Made by a program: the position numbers and the translations under genes. From Auanema rhodensis (lineage: Eukaryota; Animalia; Nematoda), in the NCBI GenBank assembly GCA_964057225.1, contig CAXKVF010000084.1, positions 186,001-250,000 of the forward strand: 64,000 nucleotides of DNA, given 5' to 3'. The first letter of the stretch is position 1; the number at the start of each line of letters is the position of its first letter. Positions 1 to 13,904 of the stretch are shown piece by piece. Under the pieces are notes generated by a model. The model had not been told where the DNA came from, ran no database searches, and worked only from the letters and a program-made list of their open reading frames with translations.

Positions 1-176
1 CACATCACGTGTACATTTAATTAGCATAAATTAAAGTTCACGTAAATTTCAAAGTCATGGTTACCATGAAGCAATATCAATAAAAATTTGTTTTTAGACT
101 AATATGGACATGGGGAATCTAATTTTGAAAACCGCATCTCTTTATCTTTCACGTGAAGCGAGTTACATAGCAAGTG
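1..176 (+). repeat. Representative monomer (unit 1)
   Basis: First full period. Consensus composition by hand count is A63 T57 C30 G26. Each monomer has one ApaLI (GTGCAC, across the junction), one BsrGI (TGTACA), one BstEII (GGTTACC) and two PmlI (CACGTG) sites. Confidence 0.97.
55..69. other. 15-bp interrupted palindrome TCATGGT-T-ACCATGA (in each monomer)
   Basis: 7-bp arms around a single T. The outermost pair is lost in monomers carrying the common C69 allele. Confidence 0.9.
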
Positions 177-220
177 CACATCACGTGTACATTTAATTAG
201 CATTAATTAAAGTTCACGTA
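148..220. promoter_or_regulatory. Cluster of E-box/G-box-like motifs at every monomer junction (representative copy; function unproven)
   Basis: TTCACGTGAA (148-157, perfect 10-bp palindrome), ATCACGTG (180-187) and TTCACGTA (213-220). The motifs are directly visible; protein binding is only inferred. Confidence 0.3.
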
Positions 221-3200
221 AATTTCAAAGTCATGGTTACCATGCACCAATATCAATAAAAATTTGTTTTTAGACTAATATGGACATGGGGAATCTAATT
301 TTGAAAACCGCATCTCTTTATCTTTCACGTGAAGCGAGTTACATACCAAGTGCACATCACGTGTACATTTAATTAGCATAAATTAAAGTTCACGTAAATT
401 TCAAAGTCATGGTTACCATGAAGCAATATCAATAAAAATTTGTTTTTAGACTAATATGGACATGGGGAATCTAATTTTGAAAACCGCATCTCTTTATCTT
501 TCACGTGAAGCGAGTTACATACCAAGTGCACATCACGTGTACATTTAATTAGCATAAATTAAAGTTCACGTAAATTTCAAAGTCATGGTTACCATGAAGC
601 AATATCAATAAAAATTTGTTTTTAGACTAATATGGACATGGGGAATCTAATTTTGAAAACCGCATCTCTTTATCTTTCACGTGAAGCGAGTTACATAGCA
701 AGTGCACATCACGTGTACATTTAATTAGCATTAATTAAAGTTCACGTAAATTTCAAAGTCATGGTTACCATGAAGCAATATCAATAAAAATTTGTTTTTA
801 GACTAATATGGACATGGGGAATCTAATTTTGAAAACCGCATCTCTTTATCTTTCACGTGAAGCGAGTTACATACCAAGTGCACATCACGTGTACATTTAA
901 TTAGCATAAATTAAAGTTCACGTAAATTTCAAAGTCATGGTTACCATGAACCAATATCAATAAAAATTTGTTTTTAGACTAATATGGACATGGGGAATCT
1001 AATTTTGAAAACCGCATCTCTTTATCTTTCACGTGAAGCGAGTTACATACCAAGTGCACATCACGTGTACATTTAATTAGCATAAATTAAAGTTCACGTA
1101 AATTTCAAAGTCATGGTTACCATGAACCAATATCAATAAAAATTTGTTTTTAGACTAATATGGACATGGGGAATCTAATTTTGAAAACCGCATCTCTTTA
1201 TCTTTCACGTGAAGCGAGTTACATACCAAGTGCACATCACGTGTACATTTAATTAGCATAAATTAAAGTTCACGTAAATTTCAAAGTCATGGTTACCATG
1301 CACCAATATCAATAAAAATTTGTTTTTAGACTAATATGGACATGGGGAATCTAATTTTGAAAACCGCATCTCTTTATCTTTCACGTGAAGCGAGTTACAT
1401 ACCAAGTGCACATCACGTGTACATTTAATTAGCATAAATTAAAGTTCACGTAAATTTCAAAGTCATGGTTACCATGAACCAATATCAATAAAAATTTGTT
1501 TTTAGACTAATATGGACATGGGGAATCTAATTTTGAAAACCGCATCTCTTTATCTTTCATGTGAAGCGAGTTACATACCAGGTGCACATCACGTGTACAT
1601 TTAATTAGCATAAATTAAAGTTCACGTAAATTTCAAAGTCATGGTTACCATGCACCAATATCAATAAAAATTTGTTTTTAGACTAATATGGACATGGGGA
1701 ATCTAATTTTGAAAACCGCATCTCTTTATCTTTCACGTGAAGCGAGTTACATACCAAGTGCACATCACGTGTACATTTAATTAGCATAAATTAAAGTTCA
1801 CGTAAATTTCAAAGTCATGGTTACCATGAAGCAATATCAATAAAAATTTGTTTTTAGACTAATATGGACATGGGGAATCTAATTTTGAAAACCGCATCTC
1901 TTTATCTTTCACGTGAAGCGAGTTACATACCAAGTGCACATCACGTGTACATTTAATTAGCATAAATTAAAGTTCACGTAAAATTCAAAGTCATGGTTAC
2001 CATGCACCAATATCAATAAAAATTTGTTTTTAGACTAATATGGACATGGGGAATCTAATTTTGAAAACCGCATCTCTTTATCTTTCACGTGAAGCGAGTT
2101 ACATACCAAGTGCACATCACGTGTACATTTAATTAGCATAAATTAAAGTTCACGTAAATTTCAAAGTCATGGTTACCATGAAGCAATATCAATAAAAATT
2201 TGTTTTTAGACTAATATGGACATGGGGAATCTAATTTTGAAAACCGCATCTCTTTATCTTTCACGTGAAGCGAGTTACATACCAAGTGCACATCACGTGT
2301 ACATTTAATTAGCATAAATTAAAGTTCACGTAAATTTCAAAGTCATGGTTACCATGAAGCAATATCAATAAAAATTTGTTTTTAGACTAATATGGACATG
2401 GGGAATCTAATTTTGAAAACCGCATCTCTTTATCTTTCACGTGAAGCGAGTTACATACCAAGTGCACATCACGTGTACATTTAATTAGCATAAATTAAAG
2501 TTCACGTAAAATTCAAAGTCATGGTTACCATGCACCAATATCAATAAAAATTTGTTTTTAGACTAATATGGACATGGGGAATCTAATTTTGAAAACCGCA
2601 TCTCTTTATCTTTCACGTGAAGCGAGTTACATACCAAGTGCACATCACGTGTACATTTAATTAGCATAAATTAAAGTTCACGTAAATTTCAAAGTCATGG
2701 TTACCATGAAGCAATATCAATAAAAATTTGTTTTTAGACTAATATGGACATGGGGAATCTAATTTTGAAAACCGCATCTCTTTATCTTTCACGTGAAGCG
2801 AGTTACATACCAAGTGCACATCACGTGTACATTTAATTAGCATAAATTAAAGTTCACGTAAATTTCAAAGTCATGGTTACCATGAAGCAATATCAATAAA
2901 AATTTGTTTTTAGACTAATATGGACATGGGGAATCAAATTTTGAAAACCGCATCTCTTTATCTTTCACGTGAAGCGAGTTACATACCAAGTGCACATCAC
3001 GTGTACATTTAATTAGCATAAATTAAAGTTCACGTAAATTTCAAAGTCATGGTTACCATGAACCAATATCAATAAAAATTTGTTTTTAGACTAATATGGA
3101 CATGGGGAATCTAATTTTGAAAACCGCATCTCTTTATCTTACACGTGAAGCGAGTTACATACCAAGTGCACATCACGTGTACATTTAATTAGCATAAATT

Positions 3201-6200
3201 AAAGTTCACGTAAATTTCAAAGTCATGGTTACCATGAAGCAATATCAATAAAAATTTGTTTTTAGACTAATATGGACATGGGGAATCTAATTTTGAAAAC
3301 CGCATCTCTTTATCTTTCACGTGAAGCGAGTTACATACCAAGTGCACATCACGTGTACATTTAATTAGCATAAATTAAAGTTCACGTAAATTTCAAAGTC
3401 ATGGTTACCATGAACCAATATCAATAAAAATTTGTTTTTAGACTAATATGGACATGGGGAATCTAATTTTGAAAACCGCATCTCTTTATCTTTCACGTGA
3501 AGCGAGTTACATACCAAGTGCACATCACGTGTACATTTAATTAGCATAAATTAAAGTTCACGTAAATTTCAAAGTCATGGTTACCATGAACCAATATCAA
3601 TAAAAATTTGTTTTTAGACTAATATGGACATGGGGAATCTAATTTTGAAAACCGCATCTCTTTATCTTTCACGTGAAGCGAGTTACATACCAAGTGCACA
3701 TCACGTGTACATTTAATTAGCATAAATTAAAGTTCACGTAAATTTCAAAGTCATGGTTACCATGAACCAATATCAATAAAAATTTGTTTTTAGACTAATA
3801 TGGACATGGGGAATCTAATTTTGAAAACCGCATCTCTTTATCTTTCACGTGAAGCGAGTTACATACCAAGTGCACATCACGTGTACATTTAATTAGCATA
3901 AATTAAAGTTCACGTAAATTTCAAAGTCATGGTTACCATGAAGCAATATCAATAAAAATTTGTTTTTAGACTAATATGGACATGGGGAATCTAATTTTGA
4001 AAACCGCATCTCTTTATCTTTCACGTGAAGCGAGTTACATACCAAGTGCACATCACGTGTACATTTAATTAGCATAAATTAAAGTTCACGTAAAATTCAA
4101 AGTCATGGTTACCATGCACCAATATCAATAAAAATTTGTTTTTAGACTAATATGGACATGGGGAATCTAATTTTGAAAACCGCATCTCTTTATCTTTCAC
4201 GTGAAGCGAGTTACATACCAAGTGCACATCACGTGTACATTTAATTAGCATAAATTAAAGTTCACGTAAATTTCAAAGTCATGGTTACCATGAACCAATA
4301 TCAATAAAAATTTGTTTTTAGACTAATATGGACATGGGGAATCTAATTTTGAAAACCGCATCTCTTTATCTTTCACGTGAAGCGAGTTACATACCAAGTG
4401 CACATCACGTGTACATTTAATTAGCATAAATTAAAGTTCACGTAAAATTCAAAGTCATGGTTACCATGCACCAATATCAATAAAAATTTGTTTTTAGACT
4501 AATATGGACATGGGGAATCTAATTTTGAAAACCGCATCTCTTTATCTTTCACGTGAAGCGAGTTACATACCAAGTGCACATCACGTGTACATTTAATTAG
4601 CATAAATTAAAGTTCACGTAAATTTCAAAGTCATGGTTACCATGAACCAATATCAATAAAAATTTGTTTTTAGACTAATATGGACATGGGGAATCTAATT
4701 TTGAAAACCGCATCTCTTTATCTTTCACGTGAAGCGAGTTACATACCAAGTGCACATCACGTGTACATTTAATTAGCATAAATTAAAGTTCACGTAAATT
4801 TCAAAGTCATGGTTACCATGAACCAATATCAATAAAAATTTGTTTTTAGACTAATATGGACATGTGAAATCTAATTTTGAAAACCGCATCTCTTTATCTT
4901 TCACGTGAAGCGAGTTACATACCAAGTGCACATCACGTGTACATTTAATTAGCATAAATTAAAGTTCACGTAAATTTCAAAGTCATGGTTACCATGAACC
5001 AATATCAATAAAAATTTGTTTTTAGACTAATATGGACATGGGGAATCTAATTTTGAAAACCGCATCTCTTCATCTTTCACGTGAAGCGAGTTACATACCA
5101 AGTGCACATCACGTGTACATTTAATTAGCATAAATTAAAGTTCACGTAAATTTCAAAGTCATGGTTACCATGAACCAATATCAATAAAAATTTGTTTTTA
5201 GACTAATATGGACATGGGGAATCTAATTTTGAAAACCGCATCTCTTTATCTTTCACGTGAAGCGAGTTACATACCAAGTGCACATCACGTGTACATTTAA
5301 TTAGCATAAATTAAAGTTCACGTAAATTTCAAAGTCATGGTTACCATGAACCAATATCAATAAAAATTTGTTTTTAGACTAATATGGACATGGGGAATCT
5401 AATTTTGAAAACCGCATCTCTTTATCTTTCACGTGAAGCGAGTTACATACCAAGTGCACATCACGTGTACATTTAATTAGCATAAATTAAAGTTCACGTA
5501 AATTTCAAAGTCATGGTTACCATGAACCAATATCAATAAAAATTTGTTTTTAGACTAATATGGACATGGGGAATCTAATTTTGAAAACCGCATCTCTTTA
5601 TCTCTCACGTGAAGCGAGTTGCATACCAAGTGCACATCACGTGTACATTTAATTAGCATAAATTAAAGTTCACGTAAATTTCAAAGTCATGGTTACCATG
5701 CACCAATATCAATAAAAATTTGTTTTTAGACTAATATGGACATGGGGAATCTAATTTTGAAAACCGCATCTCTTTATCTTTCACGTGAAGCGAGTTACAT
5801 ACCAAGTGCACATCACGTGTACATTTAATTAGCATAAATTAAAGTTCACGTAAATTTCAAAGTCATGGTTACCATGAACCAATATCAATAAAAATTTGTT
5901 TTTAGACTAATATGGACATGGGGAATCTAATTTTGAAAACCGCATCTCTTTATCTTTCACGTGAAGCGAGTTACATACCAAGTGCACATCACGTGTACAT
6001 TTAATTAGCATAAATTAAAGTTCACGTAAAATTCAAAGTCATGGTTACCATGCACCAATATCAATAAAAATTTGTTTTTAGACTAATATGGACATGGGGA
6101 ATCTAATTTTGAAAACCGCATCTCTTTATCTTTCACGTGAAGCGAGTTACATACCAAGTGCACATCACGTGTACATTTAATTAGCATAAATTAAAGTTCA

Positions 6201-9200
6201 CGTAAATTTCAAAGTCATGGTTACCATGAACCAATATCAATAAAAATTTGTTTTTAGACTAATATGGACATGGGGAATCTAATTTTGAAAACCGCATCTC
6301 TTTATCTTTCACGTGAAGCGAGTTACATACCAAGTGCACATCACGTGTACATTTAATTAGCATAAATTAAAGTTCACGTAAATTTCAAAGTCATGGTTAC
6401 CATGAAGCAATATCAATAAAAATTTGTTTTTAGACTAATATGGACATGGGAAATCTAATTTTGAAAACCGCATCTCTTTATCTTTCACGTGAAGCGAGTT
6501 ACATACCAAGTGCACATCACGTGTACATTTAATTAGCATAAATTAAAGTTCACGTAAATTTCAAAGTCATGGTTACCATGAACCAATATCAATAAAAATT
6601 TGTTTTTAGACTAATATGGACATGGGGAATCTAATTTTGAAAACCGCATCTCTTTATCTTTCACGTGAAGCGAGTTACATACCAAGTGCACATCACGTGT
6701 ACATTTAATTAGCATAAATTAAAGTTCACGTAAATTTCAAAGTCATGGTTACCATGAACCAATATCAATAAAAATTTGTTTTTAGACTAATATGGACATG
6801 GGGAATCTATTTTTGAAAACCGCATCTCTTTATCTTTCACGTGAAGCGAGTTACATACCAAGTGCACATCACGTGTACATTTAATTAGCATAAATTAAAG
6901 TTCACGTAAATTTCAAAGTCATGGTTACCATGAACCAATATCAATAAAAATTTGTTTTTAGACTAATATGGACATGGGGAATCTAATTTTGGAAACCGCA
7001 TCTCTTTATCTTTCACGTGAAGCGAGTTACATACCAAGTGCACATCACGTGTACATTTAATTAGCATAAATTAAAGTTCACGTAAATTTCAAAGTCATGG
7101 TTACCATGAAGCAATATCAATAAAAATTTGTTTTTAGACTAATATGGACATGGGGAATCTATTTTTGAAAACCGCATCTCTTTATCTTTCACGTGAAGCG
7201 AGTTACATACCAAGTGCACATCACGTGTACATTTAATTAGCATAAATTAAAGTTCACGTAAATTTCAAAGTCATGGTTACCATGAACCAATATCAATAAA
7301 AATTTGTTTTTAGACTAATATGGACATGGGGAATCTAATTTTGAAAACCGCATCTCTTTATCTTTCACGTGAAGCGAGTTACATACCAAGTGCACATCAC
7401 GTGTACATTTAATTAGCATAAATTAAAGTTCACGTAAATTTCAAAGTCATGGTTACCATGAACCAATATCAATAAAAATTTGTTTTTAGACTAATATGGA
7501 CATGGGGAATCTAATTTTGGAAACCGCATCTCTTTATCTTTCACGTGAAGCGAGTTACATACCAAGTGCACATCACGTGTACATTTAATTAGCATAAATT
7601 AAAGTTCACGTAAATTTCAAAGTCATGGTTACCATGCACCAATATCAATAAAAATTTGTTTTTAGACTAATATGGACATGGGGAATCTAATTTTGAAAAC
7701 CGCATCTCTTTATCTTTCACGTGAAGCGAGTTACATACCAAGTGCACATCACGTGTACATTTAATTAGCATAAATTAAAGTTCACGTAAATTTCAAAGTC
7801 ATGGTTACCATGAACCAATATCAATAAAAATTTGTTTTTAGACTAATATGGACATGGGAAATCTAATGTTGAAAACCGCATCTCTTTATCTTTCACGTGA
7901 AGCGAGTTACATACCAAGTGCACATCACGTTTACAATTAATTAGCATAAATTAAAGTTCACGTAAATTTCAAAGTCATGGTTACCATGAACCAATATCAA
8001 TAAAAATTTGTTTTAAGACTAATATGGACATGGGGAATCTAATGTTGAAAACCGCATCTCTTTATCTTTCACGTGAAGCGAGTTACATACCAAGTGCACA
8101 TCACGTGTACATTTAATTAGCATAAATTAAAGTTCACGTAAATTTCAAAGTCATGGTTACCATGCACCAATATCAATAAAAATTTGTTTTTACACTAATA
8201 TGGACATGGGGAATCTAATGTTGAAAACCGCATCTCTTTATTTTCCACGTGAAGCGAGTTACATACCAAGTGCACATCACGTGTACATTTAATTAGCATA
8301 AATTAAAGTTCACGTAAATTTCAAAGTCATGGTTACCATGAACCAATATCAATAAAAATTTGTTTTTAGACTAATATGGACATGGGGAATCTAATTTTGA
8401 AAACCGCATCTCTTTATCTTTCACGTGAAGCGAGTTACATACCAAGTGCACATCACGTGTACATTTAATTAGCATAAATTAAAGTTCACGTAAATTTCAA
8501 AGTCATGGTTACCATGAACCAATATCAATAAAAATTTGTTTTTAGACTAATATGGACATGGGGAATCTAATTTTGAAAACCGCATCTCTTTATCTTTCAC
8601 GTGAAGCGAGTTACATACCAAGTGCACATCACGTGTACATTTAATTAGCATAAATTAAAGTTCACGTAAATTTCAAAGTCATGGTTACCATGCACCAATA
8701 TCAATAAAAATTTGTTTTAAGACTAATATGGACATGGGGAATCTAATGTTGAAAACCGCATCTCTTTATCTTTCACGTGAAGCGAGTTACATACCAAGTG
8801 CACATCACGTGTACATTTAACTAGCATAAATTAAAGTTCACGTAAATTTCAAAGTCATGGTTACCATGCACCAATATCAATAAAAATTTGTTTTTACACT
8901 AATATGGACATGGGGAATCTAATGTTGAAAACCGCATCTCTTTATCTTTCACGTGAAGCGAGTTACATACCAAGTGCACATCACGTGTACATTTAATTAG
9001 CATAAATTAAAGTTCACGTAAATTTCAAAGTCATGGTTACCATGAACCAATATCAATAAAAATTTGTTTTTAGACTAATATGGACATGGGGAATCTAATT
9101 TTGAAAACCGCATCTCTTTATCTTTCACGTGAAGCGAGTTACATACCAAGTGCACATCACGTGTACATTTAATTAGCATAAATTAAAGTTCACGTAAATT

Positions 9201-12200
9201 TCAAAGTCATGGTTACCATGAACCAATATCAATAAAAATTTGTTTTTAGACTAATATGGACATGAGGAATCTAATTTTGAAAACCGCATCTCTTTATCTT
9301 TCACGTGAAGCGAGTTACATACCAAGTGCACATCACGTGTACATTTAATTAGCATAAATTAAAGTTCACGTAAATTTCAAAGTCATGGTTACCATGAACT
9401 AATATCAATAAAAATTTGTTTTTAGACTAATATGGACATGGGGAATCTAATTTTGAAAACCGCATCTCTTTATCTTTCACGTGAAGCGAGTTACATACCA
9501 AGTGCACATCACGTGTACATTTAATTAGCATAAATTAAAGTTCACGTAAATTTCAAAGTCATGTTTACCATGAAGCAATATCAATAAAAATTTGTTTTTA
9601 GACTAATATGGACAGGGGGAATCTAATTTTGAAAACCGCATCTCTTTATCTTTCACGTGAAGCGAGTTACATACCAAGTGCATATCACGTGTACATTTAA
9701 TTAGCATAAATTAAAGTTCACGTAAATTTCAAAGTCATGGTTACCATGAACCAATATCAATAAAAATTTGTTTTTAGACTAATATGGACATGGGGAATCT
9801 AATTTTGAAAACCGCATCTCTTTATCTTTCACGTGAAGCGAGTTACATACCAAGTGCACATCACGTGTACATTTAATTAGCATAAATTAAAGTTCACGTA
9901 AATTTCAAAGTCATGGTTACCATGAAGCAATATCAATAAAAATTTGTTTTTAGACTAATATGGACATGGGGAATCTAATTTTGAAAACCGCATCTCTTTA
10001 TCTTTCACGTGAAGCGAGTTACATACCAAGTGCACATCACGTGTACATTTACTTAGCATAAATTAAAGTTCACGTAAATTTCAAAGTCATGGTTACCATG
10101 AAGCAATATCAATAAAAATTTGTTTTTAGACTAATATGGACATGGGGAATCTAATTTTGAAAACCGCATCTCTTTATCTTTCACGTGAAGCGAGTTACAT
10201 ACCAAGTGCACATCACGTGTACATTTAATTAGCATAAATTAAAGTTCACGTAAATTTCAAAGTCATGGTTACCATGAACCAATATCAATAAAAATTTGTT
10301 TTTAGACTAATATGGACATGGGGAATCTAATTTTGAAAACCGCATCTTTTTATCTTTCACGTGAAGCGAGTTACATACCAAGTGCACATCACGTGTACAT
10401 TTAATTAGCATAAATTAAAGTTCACGTAAATTTCAAAGTCATGGTTACCATGAAGCAATATCAATAAAAATTTGTTTTTAGACTAATATGGACATGGGGA
10501 ATCTAATTTTGAAAACCGCATCTCTTTATCTTTCACGTGAAGTGAGTTACATACCAAGTGCACATCACGTGTACATTTAATTAGCATAAATTAAAGTTCA
10601 CGTAAATTTCAAAGTCATGGTTACCATGAACCAATATCAATAAAAATTTGTTTTTAGACTAATATGGACATGGGGAATCTAATTTTGAAAACCGCATCTC
10701 TTTATCTTTCACGTGAAGCGAGTTACATACCAAGTGCACATCACGTGTACATTTAATTAGCATAAATTAAAGTTCACGTAAAATTCAAAGTCATGGTTAC
10801 CATGCACCAATATCAATAAAAATTTGTTTTTAGACTAATATGGACATGGGAAATCTAATTTTGAAAACCGCATCTCTTTATCTTTCACGTGAAGCGAGTT
10901 ACATACCAAGTGCACATCACGTGTACATTTAATTAGCATAAATTAAAGTTCACGTAAATTTCAAAGTCATGGTTACCATGAACCAATATCAATAAAAATT
11001 TGTTTTTAGACTAATATGGACATGGGGAATCTAATTTTGAAAACCGCATCTCTTTATCTTTCACGTGAAGCGAGTTACATACCAAGTGCACATCACGTGT
11101 ACATTTAATTAGCATAAATTAAAGTTCACGTAAATTTCAAAGTCATGGTTACCATGAACCAATATCAATAAAAATTTGTTTTTAGACTAATATGGACATG
11201 GGGAATCTAATTTTGAAAACCGCATCTCTTTATCTTTCACGTGAAGCGAGTTACATACCAAGTGCACATCACGTGTACATTTAATTAGCATAAATTAAAG
11301 TTCACGTAAATTTCAAAGTCATGGTTACCATGAACCAATATCAATAAAAATTTGTTTTTAGACTAATATGGACATGGGGAATCTAATTTTGAAAACCGCA
11401 TCTCTTTATCTTTCACGTGAAGCGAGTTACATACCAAGTGCACATCACGTGTACATTTAATTAGCATAAATTAAAGTTCACGTAAATTTCAAAGTCATGG
11501 TTACCATGAAGCAATATCAATAAAAATTTGTTTTTAGACTAATATGGACATGGGGAATCTAATTTTGAAAACCGCATCTCTTTATCTTTCACGTGAAGCG
11601 AGTTACATACCAAGTGCACATCACGTGTACATTTAATTAGCATAAATTAAAGTTCACGTAAATTTCAAAGTCATGGTTACCATGAACCAATATCAATAAA
11701 AATTTGTTTTTAGACTAATATGGACATGGGGAATCTAATTTTGAAAACCGCATCTCTTTATCTTTCACGTGAAGCGAGTTACATACCAAGTGCACATCAC
11801 GTGTACATTTAATTAGCATAAATTAAAGTTCACGTAAATTTCAAAGTCATGGTTACCATGCTCCAATATCAATAACAATTTGTTTTTAGACTAATATGGA
11901 CATGGGGAATCTAATTTTGAAAACCGCATCTCTTTATCTTTCACGTGAAGCGAGTTACATACCAAGTGCACATCACGTGTACATTTAATTAGCATAAATT
12001 AAAGTTCACGTAAATTTCAAAGTCATGGTTACCATGAACCAATATCAATAAAAATTTGTTTTTAGACTAATATGGACATGGGGAATCTAATTTTGAAAAC
12101 CGCATCTCTTTATCTTTCACGTGAAGCGAGTTACATACCAAGTGCACATCACGTGTACATTTAATTAGCATAAATTAAAGTTCACGTAAATTTCAAAGTC

Positions 12201-13024
12201 ATGGTTACCATGAAGCAATATCAATGAAAATTTGTTTTTAGACTAATATGGACATGGGGAATCTAATTTTGAAAACCGCATCTCTTTATCTTTCACGTGA
12301 AGCGAGTTACATACCAAGTGCACATCACGTGTACATTTAATTAGCATAAATTAAAGTTCACGTAAATTTCAAAGTCATGGTTACCATGAACCAATATCAA
12401 TAAAAATTTGTTTTTAGACTAATATGGACATGGGGAATCTAATTTTGAAAACCGCATCTCTTTATCTTTCACGTGAAGCGAGTTACATACCAAGTGCACA
12501 TCACGTGTACATTTAATTAGCATAAATTAAAGTTCACGTAAAATTCAAAGTCATGGTTACCATGCACCAATATCAATAAAAATTTGTTTTTAGACTAATA
12601 TGGACATGGGGAATCTAATTTTGAAAACCGCATCTCTTTATCTTTCACGTGAAGCGAGTTACATACCAAGTGCACATCACGTGTACATTTAATTAGCATA
12701 AATTAAAGTTCACGTAAATTTCAAAGTCATGGTTACCATGAACCAATATCAATAAAAATTTGTTTTTAGACTAATATGGACATGGGGAATCTAATTTTGA
12801 AAACCGCATCTCTTTATCTTTCACGTGAAGCGAGTTACATACCAAGTGCACATCACGTGTACATTTAATTAGCATAAATTAAAGTTCACGTAAATTTCAA
12901 AGTCATGGTTACCATGAAGCAATATCAATAAAAATTTGTTTTTAGACTAATATGGACATGGGGAATCTAATTTTGAAAACCGCATCTCTTTATCTTTCAC
13001 GTGAAGCGAGTTACATACCAAGTG

Positions 13025-13904
13025 CACATCACGTGTACATTTAATTAGCATAAATTAAAGTTCACGTAAATTTCAAAGTCATGGTTACCATGAACCAATA
13101 TCAATAAAAATTTGTTTTTAGACTAATATGGACATGGGCAATCTAATTTTGAAAACCGCATCTCTTTATCTTCCACGTGAAGCGAGTTACATACCAAGTG
13201 CACATCACGTGTACATTTAATTAGCATAAATTAAAGTTCACGTAAAATTCAAAGTCATGGTTACCATGCACCAATATCAATAAAAATTTATTTTTAGACT
13301 AATATGGACATGGGGAATCTAATTTTGAAAACCGCATCTCTTTTTCTTTCACGTGAAGCGAGTTACATACCAAGTGCACATCACGTGTACATTTAATTAG
13401 CATAAATTAAAGTTCACGTAAATTTCAAAGTCATGGTTACCATGAACCAATATCAATAAAAATTTGTTTTTAGACTAATATGGACATGGGGAATCTAATT
13501 TTGAAAACCGCATCTCTTTATCTTTCACGTGAAGCGAGTTACATACCAAGTGCACATCACGTGTACATTTAATTAGCATAAATTAAAGTTCACGTAAATT
13601 TCAAAGTCATGGTTACCATGAACCAATATCAATAAAAATTTGTTTTTAGACTAATATGGACATGGGCAATCTAATTTTGAAAACCGCATCTCTTTATCTT
13701 CCACGTGAAGCGAGTTACATACCAAGTGCACATCACGTGTACATTTAATTAGCATAAATTAAAGTTCACGTAAAATTCAAAGTCATGGTTACCATGCACC
13801 AATATCAATAAAAATTTATTTTTAGACTAATATGGACATGGGGAATCTAATTTTGAAAACCGCATCTCTTTTTCTTTCACGTGAAGCGAGTTACATACCA
13901 AGTG
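13025..13904 (+). repeat. 3-monomer (528-bp) period local duplication
   Basis: GGGCAAT+CTTCCACG monomers start at 13025 and 13553. AAAATTC+CACC+ATTTATTTT+CTTTTTCTTT monomers start at 13201 and 13729. Confidence 0.9.

Noticed and set aside
4-130. Budding-yeast point centromere (CDEI-like ATCACGTG followed by AT-rich DNA)
   Set aside because: The downstream DNA is far below the >90% AT of CDEII, no CDEIII is evident, and point centromeres are not tandemly arrayed.
1-176. Assignment to a known satellite of similar size (alpha satellite, Arabidopsis CEN178, Brassica CentBr 176 bp, honey-bee AluI 176 bp)
   Set aside because: Only the length is similar. I recognise no sequence similarity, and the monomer has no HindIII (AAGCTT) or AluI (AGCT) site. 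A BLAST/Dfam/Repbase search is needed.
1-176. Tandem 5S rRNA, tRNA, snRNA or spliced-leader gene array
   Set aside because: No recognisable conserved RNA sequence, cloverleaf or Pol III internal A/B/C boxes on either strand.
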